A stretch of 64,000 bases of DNA. Origin: Octopus vulgaris. Lineage: Eukaryota. Positions 26,330 to 42,004 of this stretch are shown here, piece after piece (positions within the stretch are counted from its first letter, which is position 1; each line of letters starts with the position of its first letter). The DNA lies in NCBI GenBank assembly GCA_951406725.2, contig OX597839.1, positions 31,434,001 through 31,498,000 on the forward strand, read 5' to 3'. A model generated the notes under the pieces. The model was given only the letters and a program-made list of their open reading frames with translations, was not told where the DNA came from and searched no databases. The translations under genes were made by a program, and so were the position numbers.

Positions 26330-28676
26330 AAATAATAATAATAATAATAATAATGATAATAATAATAATAATGAAAATAATAATAATGGATAAAAAGTAA
26401 AGAAAGGACCCTTTGAAAGGATTTAGTGTTTAAATACAAGAGATAAATAGAATAGTTCCAAAATTCAATTTATGGATTTTTATGAAAAATTGTAAACATC
26501 CAGTGATGTGTGTGAGGTGTGTGTGTGTGTGTGTGTGTGCTTGTGTGTGTGTGTGTGTGTGTTTGTGTGTGTAGGGGATGAGGGTTAATTCATGTAGAGG
26601 AGTAAAGAAGCCAGGAATATGATATTTGGAGATTAGCAAACATGACATTAAATATTCAACCTCATTTCATCGAAAGAAAGAAAGAAAGAAAGAAAGAATA
26701 AAGAGGAAACAACTAAAAGTCTAAAGACATCCTGTTTCCTCACTGCTCATCCCTCAATATACTTTTGGTGCTGTTCTTATTCTTATTCTTATTCTTCTTA
26801 TTTATAGAAATCCTGATAACAACAATAGAGATTTAGCATTTCCCTCAGCTGCCATTAAAAACTGTGCAGCACAGAAGAAATCTCCAGATATTGAGGAAAC
26901 CAATTTCAACATACCCACTACACACACACACACACACACAAAATATAGGGGTTTAGTTCATAGGTGACTAACATGACTAGGTACACTGGGTAAGTGCTGT
27001 AATGGATTCCTAGGGCTCCAAGCCCATAGCCGAGATGGGAGTTATGGAACCATTGTAGATTTCTGATATAGCAGATAAATATTCGTTAAAGGAGGACAAG
27101 ATGTTTGTCAAGCCTTAGCGTTTGTTGTCCTCTTTAAAAAATACATATACATATACATATATGTATATATATATATATATATATATAATTTTATTGCCCA
27201 CAGGGGGCTGAACATAGAGGGACAAACAAAAGGGTTAAGTCGATTACATTGCCCCAAGGCACACCTGGTACTTATTTAATTGACCCCAAAAGGATGAAAA
27301 GCATGGTCAACCTCAGTGGAATTTGAACTCAGAACGTAACAGCAGACGAAATACCACTAAGCGTTTCGCCCAGCATGCTAATGATTCTGCCAGCTCACCG
27401 CCCTGATATATATATATATATATATACATATATATGTATATATCAATTATGTATAGTTTACTCTCTGGAATTGACCAGTTTTGTATTTACTTAAAGAAAT
27501 CAGCTTTTTGGATAGAATCTGTCTCCTCCTTTGATGGAAGAATTACTTCTCTCTACCGAAGCTCTGTTTACCATTTTTAATTCAGGCTTCAGGAAATTTG
27601 GCAAGGCTGCAGATTGGCTGAAACTATTCACAACACTAACTCACCCACCCCCTAATACCTCTCCCCCGACTTCTCTCTAACAAGGATGAGTTCTTTTACC
27701 ATATAAGGAAGAATGACCAACATACCAAATAACATTTGTAAGAAACGAAGAGTAAATAATTACCCTTTAAAAACTAGTTTATCACAATTTTTCTTGCTGA
27801 CTTGGTCCCTATCTCTGACAACTAGGTGGACTTAGACATATTAAAAAAGGGTTTGGCTTAAAAACATAATCTAATGCTTTTTGTTAATCCAACATCTGAC
27901 TTTGGCTATTGTTGTATTTATGTCACGTAAGAAGCAGAGGCACTGGTGCCACATAAAACACACCCAGTGCACTCAATAAGGTGGTTGATGTTAGGAAGGG
28001 CATCCAGCAGTAGAAACCATTTTAGCCAACCCCAGCACTTGACAGTATCCCTCATGGTACTTGACTGGTACTTTATCGTATCAACACTCGAAAAGAAACT
28101 GAGTAGCAGCAGCAGTGGTAATAGCAGTAGTAGTGGCAGCAGCAACAGCAGCAGCAGCAGCTGTTCAAGAATTTGGACCTGGAGATCTCCATTTCCAGCG
28201 ACTTCGAGGGCCACCTCCCAGTGGTGTCGGGCGTCAACAAAGAGGCCCCCTGACTACAACAAGACAACCAAAGTTTTTGTTTTTTTTCCAAGGTCTGGGT
28301 CACCCGCCCCTAAGCCCTAGACCATCACCTAACCACCCTTACCCGCTTTGTTGCTTAACAACAACAACAGCAGCAGCAGCTACATCAGCAGCGGTACTGC
28401 TGTTGCAAATTGTAAAACTGTATTCCTCTTCTTCTTCTTCTTGTTCAAAGCAGAACAGTTGAAGACAATGAAGATAAGAAATTGGAATTGTAAATTAACA
28501 CAAATCTATTAGCATGATCAGTGTTAGTTGCCAATATTAATTAAACTTTATATATTCTCAGAGCTAATATTTGTCCATTTCTCTATTCTTATCCAATTGA
28601 CAACCAACAGATTCGAAGAACAGAAAGGAGCGAATCAACAGAATGGTAATAAATAAAACCGAGATAATTTTATTGG

Positions 28677-28715
<39 letters not shown>

Positions 28716-28867
28716 GGTGGGGGCAATAAATTAATTTTCACTCCTATTGGTGGGAGATTCACATTAATAGGCATTTGCCTTCACAAATTGTTTTTGTCTT
28801 TAACTTAAGAAATTTTCATCATCATCATCATCATTATTATTATTATTATTATTATTAATATTATTTA

Positions 28868-28904
<37 letters not shown>

Positions 28905-28906
28905 TA

Positions 28907-28940
<34 letters not shown>

Positions 28941-28949
28941 CATTATTAT

Positions 28950-29165
28950 TAAGGCAGTGGGCTGGTGAAATCATTAGCATGCTGGGTGAAATGCTTAGCA
29001 GTATTTCACCTGTCTTTATGTTCTGAGTTCAAACTCTGCTGAGGTGGACTTTACTTTTCATCCTTTCAGGGTCAATAAATTACCAGTGAAACACTGGGGT
29101 CAATGTAATTGATTTGTCCTCTCCCCCAAAATGGCTGCCCTTGTGGCAAAATTTGAAACCATTAC
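28950..29165 (+). mobile_element. SINE family B
   Basis: aaggcagtgggctgg...ttctgagttcaaa...catcctttcagggtcaataaat. Confidence 0.8.
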
Positions 29166-30069
29166 TACCACCACCATCACTACTAGGGCATGTGAAAAGC
29201 AACATTCGAACAAGGTCGTTGCCAGTGCTGATGGACTAACTCCTGTGCAGGTGGCACGTAAAAACACCATTTGAGCGTGGCCATTGCAAGTAACGCCTGA
29301 CTGGCCCACATGCCAGTGGCATGTAAAAGCACCTACTAAACTCTCGGAGTAGTTGGCATTAAGAAGGGCATCCAGCTGTAGAAACTCTGCCAGATCAGAT
29401 TAGAGCCTGGTGCAGCCTCCTGGTTCGCCAGTCCTCAGTCAAACCGTTCAATCCATGCCAGCATGGAAAGCAGACGCTAAACAATGATGATGATGGACTC
29501 TCAGATGACATCTACTCTCATTCTCCCTCCATTCTGAGTTCAAATCCCACTACAGCTGACTTTACTTTTCATCTCTTCAAAATCAATAAATTAGAAACTA
29601 GTATTATATCGATCAGTATTTTATCAATGGATTAATCAGAAAAGGAAGGGCAGTGTTCTTGACCCTTTGTCAAGGAATGCAAGATTTGTGGGAGGAGGGG
29701 GATCTGGCCCAAATACTAACAAAAGAGAGGACTCCCCAAAAGTATCCAAAGACCAGGTGGTAGGGATGTTAAATTAAGGACTGAATTAGGTTTCACACCC
29801 CAGAACGGAAATCCTTAATTGAGTCTCCAATTCCAGCATAAATTTGTAGCTTCGTTATCATTGTCTTTATTGCAATTACTACTAAAATATAATAATGGTG
29901 AGTGAGCAACCTTTTCCCTAATTTCTTAGTTCATCCGTTGTCGTTGTTGATGACGGAGGACATCATACAGGAGAAGAAGACGGGGTGGCCAGCTGTGGTC
30001 AAACAGTTTAATGCATGCTCACTAATCTAATTGGTTAATAATAATAATAATACACCTTGCATTTGTTCT

Positions 30070-30122
<53 letters not shown>

Positions 30123-30416
30123 AGACACACATGTGCGCGCCAAAAATCAAATAATAATAAAAATGAGAAAAATGAGCAACAGCAACAACATCTAGAACAA
30201 CATTCATATGGAGAGAGGAAGAAGAGAGCGCGGCATCATTCCGAGGAGAGAGAGAGTGCTGAATGTGGAACAACAACAACTAGGAAAAGGAGAGAGGTGG
30301 AAAAAGAAGAGGAGAAATAACATAGAGAGAGAGGAGAGAGAGAGAGAGAGAGAGAGAAAGAGTGAGAGAGAGGGGGAAGGGGGGAGTGAGAGGAAGTGAG
30401 AAATTGAAACACTCAC

Positions 30417-30488
30417 CTGTAGTAACCAATAACATCTACGATGAAATGTAGGCAGAATAGCTGAATGTACGTATGATCCATAAATACA
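30417..30488 (-). CDS. CAMTA: CAMTA CG-1 domain exon (72 nt): CIYGSYVHSAILPTFHRRCYWLLQ
   Basis: Absent from the ORF track; read by hand. Acceptor cttttctcgtttcag|TGT and donor CAG|gtgagt, phase 0-0. Matches CAMTA CLYGCYVHS..IPTFHRRCYWLLQ. Confidence 0.97.
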
Positions 30489-31061
30489 CTGAAACGAGAA
30501 AAGGACAACAACGTTGGGATATAATCTTTGTCAATACAAACAACACAAACAACAAATAACATAAGTCATTACATGTAGATACATAGGCAGACATGGCTGT
30601 GTGGGAAGAAGTTTGCTTCACAACCACATGGTTCTAGGTTCAAACCCTCTGTGGGGTGCCATGGGTAAGTGTCTTTTAATTTCTGTCTACCAAATCTACT
30701 CACAAGTCTTAGGTCAGCCTAAGGTTTTAAATGGAAGACACACATATACACACACACATATATATATACACACACACACGTGTAAAGGAAATTTACCATA
30801 AAACACACCATCAGAAGGAACCAGCGTTAACTCAGAGAAATTCAGAATCTACCTGGATATTATACCCCACCTTTTACTATATATATATGTCTGACTTTTT
30901 AAATTTTTCGAATATTTTCGTCATTGGTCTGGGGTCTTAGGACTTTTACTCATTTGTCCAATTTCACCTTTGTGTTTAAGTGAAAATTTGTGGTTTTGGT
31001 AATTTTCACTGCTATGTTAGCATGCCGGTACTGCTTGTTAGTACCCTTAATTATTAACATC

Positions 31062-31272
31062 AGCCTCGTCTGGCACCTGTGTCGGTGGCACATAAAATCA
31101 CCCACTACACTCTCGGAGTGGTTGGCGTTAGGAAGGGCATCCAGCTGTAGAAACACTGCCAGATCTGACTGGCCTGGTGCAGCCTTCGGGCTTGCCAGAC
31201 CCCAGTTGAACCGTCCAACCCATGCTAGCATGGAAAGCGGACGTTAAACGATGATGATGATGATGATGATGA
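31062..31272 (+). mobile_element. SINE-like family D
   Basis: Same core and tail. Other copies near 10460(-), 11050(+), 29185(+), 38330(+), 38657(-), 50395(-) and 58355(+). Confidence 0.82.
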
Positions 31273-31545
31273 TATATATATATATACACATACACGCATA
31301 TTATATGCAACTGTGCATGTGCGCATACATGATGGTGACTTTCTAATGTACAATGCATAACTGGTTCTGAAGTCACCAATAAATATATGGGTTGTGATTT
31401 TTTGGCAAGTTTCATTAATTTCAATGTTTCAGGCCTGAGGTCAGAGATGGAAAGGTATTTAGCGGTTTGTGATGTTTAAAGAAGCATGATATGAAGAGTT
31501 GATGTATAATTACGTCTAGGATACAGTGATCATTGAATGATAATA

Positions 31546-31597
<52 letters not shown>

Positions 31598-31950
31598 TAA
31601 TAATGATAATAATAGTAATGATAATAATGATAATTATAATAATAATGATAGGAAATGTCTAACATCTAAGACAACAACATCGCTGTCTGGGTTGGAGTAA
31701 TTATGAGCAAATTCCCAAATATCTTCTTAGCTCAATAACTGTGTTTTATTAGAGAGTAATTAGGAGAAAATCATATGCAAACGATTTTGGGAGGAACACA
31801 AAAAGAAAAGCGAAAGAAAAATAAAGACAAAAACACAGAGATTAATTATTTTAGTGTAAACCAAAATGAAATAGAAATATTATTCTTCAACCTGTGTCAA
31901 TAGGCATTTTTATATAATTTCAAATCAATTTTCAAGAATTTTATACACTA

Positions 31951-31985
<35 letters not shown>

Positions 31986-32141
31986 ACTACTACTACTATC
32001 ATTATCATTATTATAAAGGTGGCAAGCTGGCAGAATTCATTGACACAGGTCCATAAATTAAGTACCAGTGAAACACTGGGGCTGATGTAATTGATTAGTC
32101 CCCTCCCTCAAATCTCAGGCTTTGTGCCTATAGTGGAAAGG

Positions 32142-32174
<33 letters not shown>

Positions 32175-33112
32175 GTTGCTGTTGTTGTTGTTGTTGTTAG
32201 AGTGGTGGTTTAGTAGAGTTGTTAGAACAAAGGACAAACTTATTTGCAGTATTTCTTCTGGCCCTTAATGATCTGAGTTCAAATTACACCAAAATCATTT
32301 TTCATCTTCCATTCTTTCAGGGTTGATAAAATGAATTCCTTTTACATTGATTCCTTACAATACAGCAAATGAGCCACACTGCTTGTATGACAGGGATACT
32401 TGTTTACAATTAGTGTATAGTATCAGCACAAGGAGACATGAGTATGCACACACTCACTCACGCATGTGACAGGCTTCTTTCAGTTTCCAGCTGCCAAATC
32501 CACTCACAAGTTTTTGGTGTGCCCATTGCTATAAAAGAAGACAATTATCCAAACTGCTGTGCAAAGGGATTGAACCCAAAACTACTTAGCTGTGAAATGA
32601 ACCTATACCCACACTAGTGCCCAAATGTGTGTGTGTGTATCATGCCATGTAAAATTCATCTTCTGGTTTCCATTCCCCGCCCCAGTTTCTCTTGACCTCT
32701 TGACCTCTTGCAACTCAATTAACACAAACCACCAGTAATCAAGCAAAGTTGATTTAACACAATTTATCATTCACTTTGGTCAGCTGACTATTGAAGAAAT
32801 TGATTTCATCATAATTATGATTATTATTAATTATTAAACTAAGATAAATCACCACCACCAACATCATCATCATCATCACTATTGTTAGTGTAAGAATTTA
32901 ATCACGATTCACTCCATTTTATTAATTCTTTCAATAACGAATGAGATTAATTTCCATGATGGAAGGACATAAGCTAATTTAGTCGTCCCAAGTATATTAC
33001 TGGTAGTTGTTTAATGTACATTAGAAGGATAGAAACATAGAGATGAAGTTGGGTGGGAGAGGAATGAGAGGGAGAGAGAGAGAGAAAAGGAGGAAGGAGA
33101 GACTGTATAAGG

Positions 33113-33148
<36 letters not shown>

Positions 33149-33376
33149 CAGTCAGCTGTCAGAAATGTGTTACACCTGTAATTGAAAAGGCCAGCCTTGT
33201 CACATTCTGTATCATGCTGAATCACTCTGAGAACATGTGTCTGTGGAGTACTCAGCCACTTGTTCATTCATTTCACAAGCAAACTGTTCCAATGATCAGA
33301 TCAACTGGAACCCCTCATTGTTGTAACCAGCAGAGTGCAAGGAATATTTACAGATGCGGTCAACAACCCTGCTTAA

Positions 33377-33597
33377 CCCTTTAGCATTTAAACCGGCCAT
33401 ATCCGGCCAAAACTATTCTGCCTGTTTTATGTTCAAACTGGCCAGATCTGGTCTCTCACACCAGCCCTACAATATCGTTTTAAAAATTAGCAGTTACCTC
33501 ATCAAAATCTCATAGCACCAAGATAATTCATGATTAGTTCAAAACAATTTGGATGAAAAAGGATTAATTTTGGCAGAATAATGTGAACACTAAAGGG
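33377..33597. mobile_element. piggyBac-like MITE
   Basis: TTAA|ccctttag ... ctaaaggg|TTAA. Related copies near 9093-9626, 17599-18087, 18108-18315 and 42005-42165. Confidence 0.85.
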
Positions 33598-34804
33598 TTA
33601 ATGATGTTGTTTCTGCTACTTTTATCATCACATGACTGGTGATATTAAGTCCCTGGCGTTCAGCAGCAGACAGCCCTTCATCCTACCCCTTCATCCTACC
33701 CCTGAACACCACCCCTGTGTATTATGTGATTATTACCCAAGATATGAGAGATGTAAGTCGATGTTTTACCAATAAAAACCTTATCTGAAAACAGCTTGAC
33801 TGATGATCATTGGGTGATGTGTGAGTGATGAGTGACTTCAAAATTAAGTATTTAAAGCTGTATTGATCTATCGGAAATAAATAACCTCCACTAATATACT
33901 TATCTCTTTTTTAAAGAAATAATATTGTCTTTGTGTTTGTTTCTTTTATTTAATTGGTTCCTCCGTTCGTTAGACTGATGATATATTTCAATATATTCAT
34001 ATATCTGACCATCTAGTCGAGATATTTCAACATATTCATAAATTCGCTGCCGCCACCACCACCCCCACCACCACCGCCACTGTCCAGTCATTAAGATTAA
34101 ATACCATTTAATGACTATTTTCTGAAATGATCAGATCAACAAAAGCAATCTATTTTTGTAACGAGGTGACTCTAGATGAATATATATTCATACATTCGTG
34201 TGTGTTTATAAATATATTTGTATATGCATATGTATATGTTTGTATATATGTACGTGTATGTGTTTATATATGTATATGTAAAAACACATATATATATATT
34301 GTATGTGTATGTATGAATATCTATGTGTATATGTGTGCATGTTTGTATATTTATGTATAAGAGTGTATAAAGGTATGTATAAGCATATATACATGTGTGT
34401 GTGTGTATGAATGCGTATGTGTATGCACACCCACCCACATATATAGAGTGAGTGAGAAAGAATTGCTTTGGTCAACAAATGTATTCAACTATCCCACAAT
34501 ATTTAAATAAGACTAGAGGAGATTACTAGATTAAATAAAAACTAATAATATACCCAATACTATATATTTATATATAGTATATATATTTAGTATATATAGT
34601 ACATACATATATATATATATATATATATTTATATAAAGTGAGATAGGGGTTGTGAGTGTAACCCTCTATGGGATAACATATATCCAAAATACTACCAGTA
34701 AAGCACCCAGAGATGCTAATACATAAATGCTAAGAATTGCAATGCAATTAATTCATTTATTGTATTATATGGGCAAAGGTAAAATGTTTTACCTCAAATT
34801 CATA

Positions 34805-34948
34805 ATACAAAATAAGAAAATGGAGGAATAGATTTTAATCAATCATCAACTACTAAATAATACCAATTCATATAATTTATTATGAATTGGTGTTATCTAG
34901 TAGTTGATGATTGATTAAAATATATTCCTCCATTTTTTTATTTTGTAT
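34805..34948. repeat. Fold-back: 68-bp arms, 8-nt loop, 4 mismatches
   Basis: 34805-34872 pairs with 34881-34948. Part of a (TA)n-embedded element starting near 34636. Confidence 0.93.
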
Positions 34949-35509
34949 ATATATATATATTTAAATCTCTAAGAAGTATTCTTTAGATTAGGCACATTGG
35001 GAGACAAACAGACAGACAGACAGTGTATGTTTGGCATAGTATGATGGCTGGAAGACTCAGCTCTCAGTTGGCTAGAGAAGTCTACAATATAAACCTGGGC
35101 TGAGCCAGTGGGAAGCTTCAACATTCTGAGATAATGTCCAATCAAGGAACACAGTTCCCAGTGTTTTCTCAAAGAAACAAAAAAATACTTTTTCCCTGAC
35201 GTAGAAAGAATTTTGCAAGTTTATTTTGAGTGGAAAATATGAGGAGAGTGAATTGGTTTGATATCAGTGGAATGTAACGGGATATTTCCAGTGTCCAGAC
35301 AATAGTTTTGAATTGGTAACAACATCCATCATTTTAACAGTCACATATATCATAAACAATAGAGCTGCCAACACTATTGTGACCACCACTACGTTGGCAG
35401 TCACCCACCACCACCACCACTGTCTGTTTCTCCATGCTAGAGAGAACTGGAGAAGTATTCACTGCAGTACACACACACACACATGTACATGCATGTAAAT
35501 GCATGCATA

Positions 35510-35565
<56 letters not shown>

Positions 35566-35634
35566 CATTCATACATGCATATATATATATGTATATACAT
35601 ACATATACACATATATATATACATATGTATATAC

Positions 35635-35677
<43 letters not shown>

Positions 35678-35691
35678 TACATATACATACC

Positions 35692-35726
<35 letters not shown>

Positions 35727-36188
35727 CATATACGTATATACATATGTATTTAGATACATACACACACACATATATACATACATATATATATATATATGTA
35801 TGTATATATTCCAATGAATCACAACCCTATACTGTAACATTTTAAAACCAAAGAACCAAAAAAAAAACTAACAAAAACTAAAAAGAAAAGCCTAAACTCA
35901 TCTACAACCTCTGTGCTACATCCATCTTCCCCTGAGCTGTGATATAGCAGCAGATAATATTGCTATTCGATGTGGAAACCTGACATAAAAAAAAGCAAGT
36001 TAACTCTCTGCCTGCCACAGTTGATGCCGCAAATGCCAAGACCTGTTGACAAACCAAAAGCAATAAAAACCCAGTCAAGGAAAGAAATGTTTAATTTTAA
36101 AGCGTGAATATTTTTACTACAGTATAAAGGTATGGAAATGGTGTTCAATATTCAAGATGAGAAAAAAGAAATTCCACAGTCGTCTTAC

Positions 36189-36324
36189 CTCAAGTCCCTG
36201 TACTTTCAATTTCATATGATCCTCTCGAATTGTTTTGCCATCTTTTCGTTTCTTCCAGCAGTAGCCATCTTTGCGATAGCGGACCTTGTTGCGGCTGTAA
36301 AGCAACATTGACCCACTGGGAGGT
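36189..36324 (-). CDS. CAMTA: CAMTA CG-1 domain exon (136 nt): (R)PPSGSMLLYSRNKVRYRKDGYCWKKRKDGKTIREDHMKLKVQGLE
   Basis: Acceptor tttcag|A and donor GAG|gtaaga. Contains the hallmark CG-1 motif YRKDGYCWKKRKDGKT.REDHMKLKVQG. Confidence 0.98.
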
Positions 36325-36946
36325 CTGAAATTGCAAAAATAAGAGGGGGAAAAATATAACAACAACAATAAAGAACAACAAAAATTCATTCAAGTTTACA
36401 AAATCAGTCTTTTATTTTTAACATTTGATTTTTTTAAAAATCTGTTTTCTTAAATATTATTTCATGAAGAAGCCATTGATAACTTCAGTCACTCAGATAT
36501 AAAGTGAGAATGATGTGCATATATATATACTTTATTTGTGGATTAACTAAGCAACCAATGGTTTCATGTAACAGATCATCACAATTGTTCAAGCATGCCA
36601 CATGGGTCTATATATATATGTATATATATGGCATTTCACTTAAGCATAATGATACTAATAACCAATTGTTAGAAGTTAATACATATTTATTCATGCATGT
36701 GTGTGTGTATGTATGTATGTATATTTGTGTGTGTATGTGTATATATATGAAAGAAGAATGATATCTATTCTGTATTTACCATGAATTATGGTATGGCAGT
36801 GTATTATATTAAACCTTATGAAGAAATAATATTCGAATCTATAACCGAATATAACCAAAAGACTTAACAAGTGACCAACAAACGGCTAGATTAAAGACAT
36901 TTCCTCAAGATCATTTGTAAAATATTAAAATATTTATGCATACACA

Positions 36947-37017
<71 letters not shown>

Positions 37018-37405
37018 AATATGTATACATATATATAGATATGTATATATATATATAAACATATGCATACATCCCTATATATAAATATACACCTACTTAC
37101 CTGCCTGCCTGTATAAATACACACAGATATGTTTGGATTAAATTTACATAATGTATTATTATTATAACGAAGTGTTAGAGTTTCAGCAAAATACTCAGAG
37201 AGCATCAGAGCAGATCAAATGATCAGCCAAGCACTGAAGACCTTGGACTTATCAAAGGATTTGCAGGAAGTGGATAATTCCAGTTATCTTGGTGAAATAA
37301 TTAACTTATTTCACCTGGGTAAAGCGAGGCAAATCAAGTGGAACCACATCTGAACGATTTGATTAGGCAATGCAACACTGGCTGAAAGCTCCACACATAG
37401 CAATC

Positions 37406-37460
<55 letters not shown>

Positions 37461-38000
37461 TCTCAATCTTTTTCTCCCTCTCTCTCTCTCTGATCACTCG
37501 TGGTTGTAATAATATTAACAAAGAACAGATTTCAAATGCTTTCAAAGTCAATTTAATATATATATATATATATTTATATATTCATACACACACACATATA
37601 TATACATACATATATACACCCCCACACACACATACATACATACATATGAAATGGTACTGATTAGAATGAGGAACCATCTGCCAGAGAAAAGTAAAGAGTT
37701 ACGGAGATAGAAAAGGGCAACAGAAAGACAAATTTGATTCTACAAAATTTAAACGGATACAGAGACTCACACACAGATCAAAGACAGATGGGGTGGTCTT
37801 TACATGCTTAGAACAGCAGCAAAATCTACCCCACATTATACCCTAAAGTCTTATAAAAGGAAGGAAACATTACATAATGTAGTCTTGGATGTACGACGTC
37901 TTGGGAAACGGTGGGATGATTACAGTTTACCTAGCTTTGATATCTCTCTTGGGGTAAAATATCATAATTAAGGTTAAACAAATATAAAATTATTATAATG

Positions 38001-38068
<68 letters not shown>

Positions 38069-38956
38069 ATAAACATGTGCCTACATACCTTTCTCTCTCT
38101 CTCTCACTGGGTAACCATGTACCTCCTCTGTAGCAAGACACCTATTTCTGCCTCTTTATTTCTCTGTTACACTCTAACCTTTCATCGTCTGATATCAGAT
38201 CACTTCCTTTAATACCTACCTCTGTTGTGGCAAGACACCTCCTTCTGTCTGTCTGTTTGACACACTCTAACCTTTCATCCCCTGACACAAGTTCCCCTCC
38301 TCAAATGCCCCTGCCCCTCTCATAATTCCTTGTCCTGCGAGTTACTTGCTTACCCTGTCAGTGCTGGTGCCATGTTAAAAGCATTCAGTCCACACTGTAA
38401 AGTGGTTGGCATCTGGAAGGGCATCCAGTTATAAAAACCATGCCAAAGCTGACCTCACCCGTGATAGTGCCATGTAAAAAGCACTGAGTCCACTCTGTGG
38501 AGTGGTTGGTGTTAGGAAGGGCATCTACTTGTAAAATCCCTGCAAAAACAGACACAGTAGCCTCTGGCAGTTTTTCTACCTGGCTGGTTCCCGTCAACCA
38601 TCATACTAATGCCTGCATGGATGATGGACGTTAAACGATGATGATTATTTATACATTATCATCATCAATTAATGTCTGCTTTCCATGCTGGCATGGGTTG
38701 GACGGTTTGACTGAGGACTGGTGAGCCAAAGGCTGCCCCAATCTCCAGTCTGATCTGGCAAGGTTTCTATAGCTGGATTCCCTTCCTAACACCAACCACT
38801 CTAAGAGTGTAGTGGGTGCTTTTTACATACCACCGGCATGGGGGCCAGTCAGGCGGCACTGGCATCAGCCACACTCGGATGGTGCATTTTATGTGCCACC
38901 GGCAGCATGGGAGCCAGTCAGGCATATATATAAATACATGTATGTATACATATAAG

Positions 38957-39600
<644 letters not shown>

Positions 39601-39762
39601 GTGTGTGTGATTGTGTATAGAAGAATATATTAATAAAAAGAATTCCAACCTTGTCTGATTTTCACGTTTTATTTACAATCTTATAATGATATATTATAAG
39701 ATAATATATTATAATTGAATAAAATAAAATGAAATAGTAGAATGTTAAATATTCATTCTGAT

Positions 39763-39807
39763 TGAACTAGTACTTTCATGCATTGAATTCTGCAATCTTC
39801 GGGTTCA
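39763..39807 (-). ncRNA. Minimal type I hammerhead motif (Penelope-type, palindromic GUAC loop 3)
   Basis: Minus strand: tgaac CCGAAGA ttgca gaattcaa tgcat GAAA gtac TA gttca. Perfect 5-bp stem I. Core has U4C and a U-U at the base of stem II. Confidence 0.65.
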
Positions 39808-39834
39808 TGTAGTAGTGTTGACAGTCATGCTGTC

Positions 39835-39880
<46 letters not shown>

Positions 39881-40580
39881 GTATATATATATATATCCTC
39901 GTATGTATGTACAAACATACATACACATACATAGAGATAGACGCATATATAACTGTAAGTGGCATTCTCTTGGAAATACATTCTGACGTACGTAATTAAT
40001 AAGGTGGTGGTGGTGGTGGTGGTGGTGGTGAGGTTATCTTATTGAAAATCTTTGGTAATCAATAAGAGTGCTGCCACTATCACCCCCTGCCCCCCCCCAC
40101 CATTGACATAATCAATGCCAAAAGTTCAATGTGATTATTTGACAAGAGAATTCTTTCAAGATGCAAAAGTGACAAAAGACAGCGAAGAAAGAATCGGCAA
40201 AAGGTGAGGGAATCACAATAACAATATTATTTCATTTATTTGAGATAATTATGAATGGATAATTAATTTCTATAAACCGAAGAAATATAAACAGGTAAAT
40301 AGAGTTGAAACTAATTGAAGAGGGTGGTGGAGGTGGGTGGGTGGGTGGGGGGAAGCATTGGAAGTTCTCTGTTTTTGTTTAAAGGGTAAAAGTCTGCAAA
40401 GAAGTTATGTATGTTCACACATACATACATACACATATATATATATATACATACATATGTATATATATACATACATACACACATATATACATATAGACAT
40501 ACATATATATACATATATACATACATATATATACATATATATACATATACATACACACACATATATAAATATATACATAC

Positions 40581-40636
<56 letters not shown>

Positions 40637-41234
40637 TGTGTGTGCGTGTATATTGTGAAAGCATGTAGCTGAGTGGTTAGGGTATTTAGCTCACACTTGT
40701 AAAGTCCTGAGCTTGATACCTGGTGTGACACATTGTGTCCTTCAGCAAGACACTTCACTTCCTGCTGCTCCACTCTATTCAACTAGCAAAACTGAGCTGT
40801 ACCCGTAATTCAAAGGACCAGCCTTACTGCATTGTGCATCACACTGAATCATCCTGAAAACTAAGTTAAGTGAATGTGTGTCTGTGGAGTACTTAGCCAC
40901 TTGCAATCATTACATCAATTTAGATGCAGAGCAATCCTCAGTTGCATAAAGACATCGAATTTAATTTAATTAAAACAGAGGGACACATTAGCATAACTCT
41001 GCCCTTCCTAACAGGCGCTGTTCCTTGTTCTTTTGGACTTAGATATACAAAGATTTGATAAAGTAGTCTATAAATTAAAACTGACCCCATAAAACAGTGA
41101 CAAGTGTATTTTTTTTTCTAATTTATATATATATATATATATTATATTTTGTGAAATTTGATTTAATATTTCTAAATTGAATTTTTCCCTGCATGTTTGG
41201 AATAATACTCCCTCATATTATTATTATTATACAC

Positions 41235-41273
<39 letters not shown>

Positions 41274-42004
41274 TATACATCATCACATGTGCACACACTA
41301 ACAAACAATAGGCACTCTTGAGTAAATGTGTGAATACAGTGATGAAATATTGTATTTGTTTCTAAACATGTTTTTTTTATATAAATATAAAAACTCATTA
41401 TCTATTAATTATTTGCAAGTAACAAACTAAATTAACATTATGTGTTTCAATATACAAATAATGAAATATCGTTATTAAACAACGAAGCATTATATCTTAA
41501 TTTTGTTTTCTATTTCACATTGGAGATAACACAAGGTTCATCAGATTTCATAAAATTGTGAAATTTTCATAAAAATTTATTAAAAAAAAACAAAACAACA
41601 GCTTCAGTTTTTGCTTGACACAGCACTGGCCTTGTAGCCAGGAAGACATCAATACGTTTGAAATGTATTTGGTGATAGGGAAAGCTTTGTATCGATTTTG
41701 TCTGACAGGTGGATAGGAATCACTTGGTAGATCAGGCAGAACTTGCGTCACAACTCGTCAAACTGATTCTATGATTCATCGACGTTGTGTTACACTCCTA
41801 CTGACATCCACCTCTGCCGTCCAATCACAGCCGTTCACTAAAGTAAAATGCAGCACAATGACAATAAGAGGGTGACCGCAAAACAACTTCTTGTTAGTTA
41901 TTCAGAAGAGAAAAAAAACCCACAAGGCTATACTCTCATAGAAGAACCTTCTGGATTCACTGCAATTTTTTAAAAGGGTTTTTTAGGATCATACAAATGT
42001 CTAA

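Noticed and set aside
28213-28228. acctcccagtgg(t)gtc, complementary in the pre-mRNA to the first 15 nt of the 136-nt exon (possible editing-complementary sequence)
   Set aside because: It is only 12 contiguous bp, 8 kb away. A match of this size between about 280 exon nt and 64 kb is near chance expectation.
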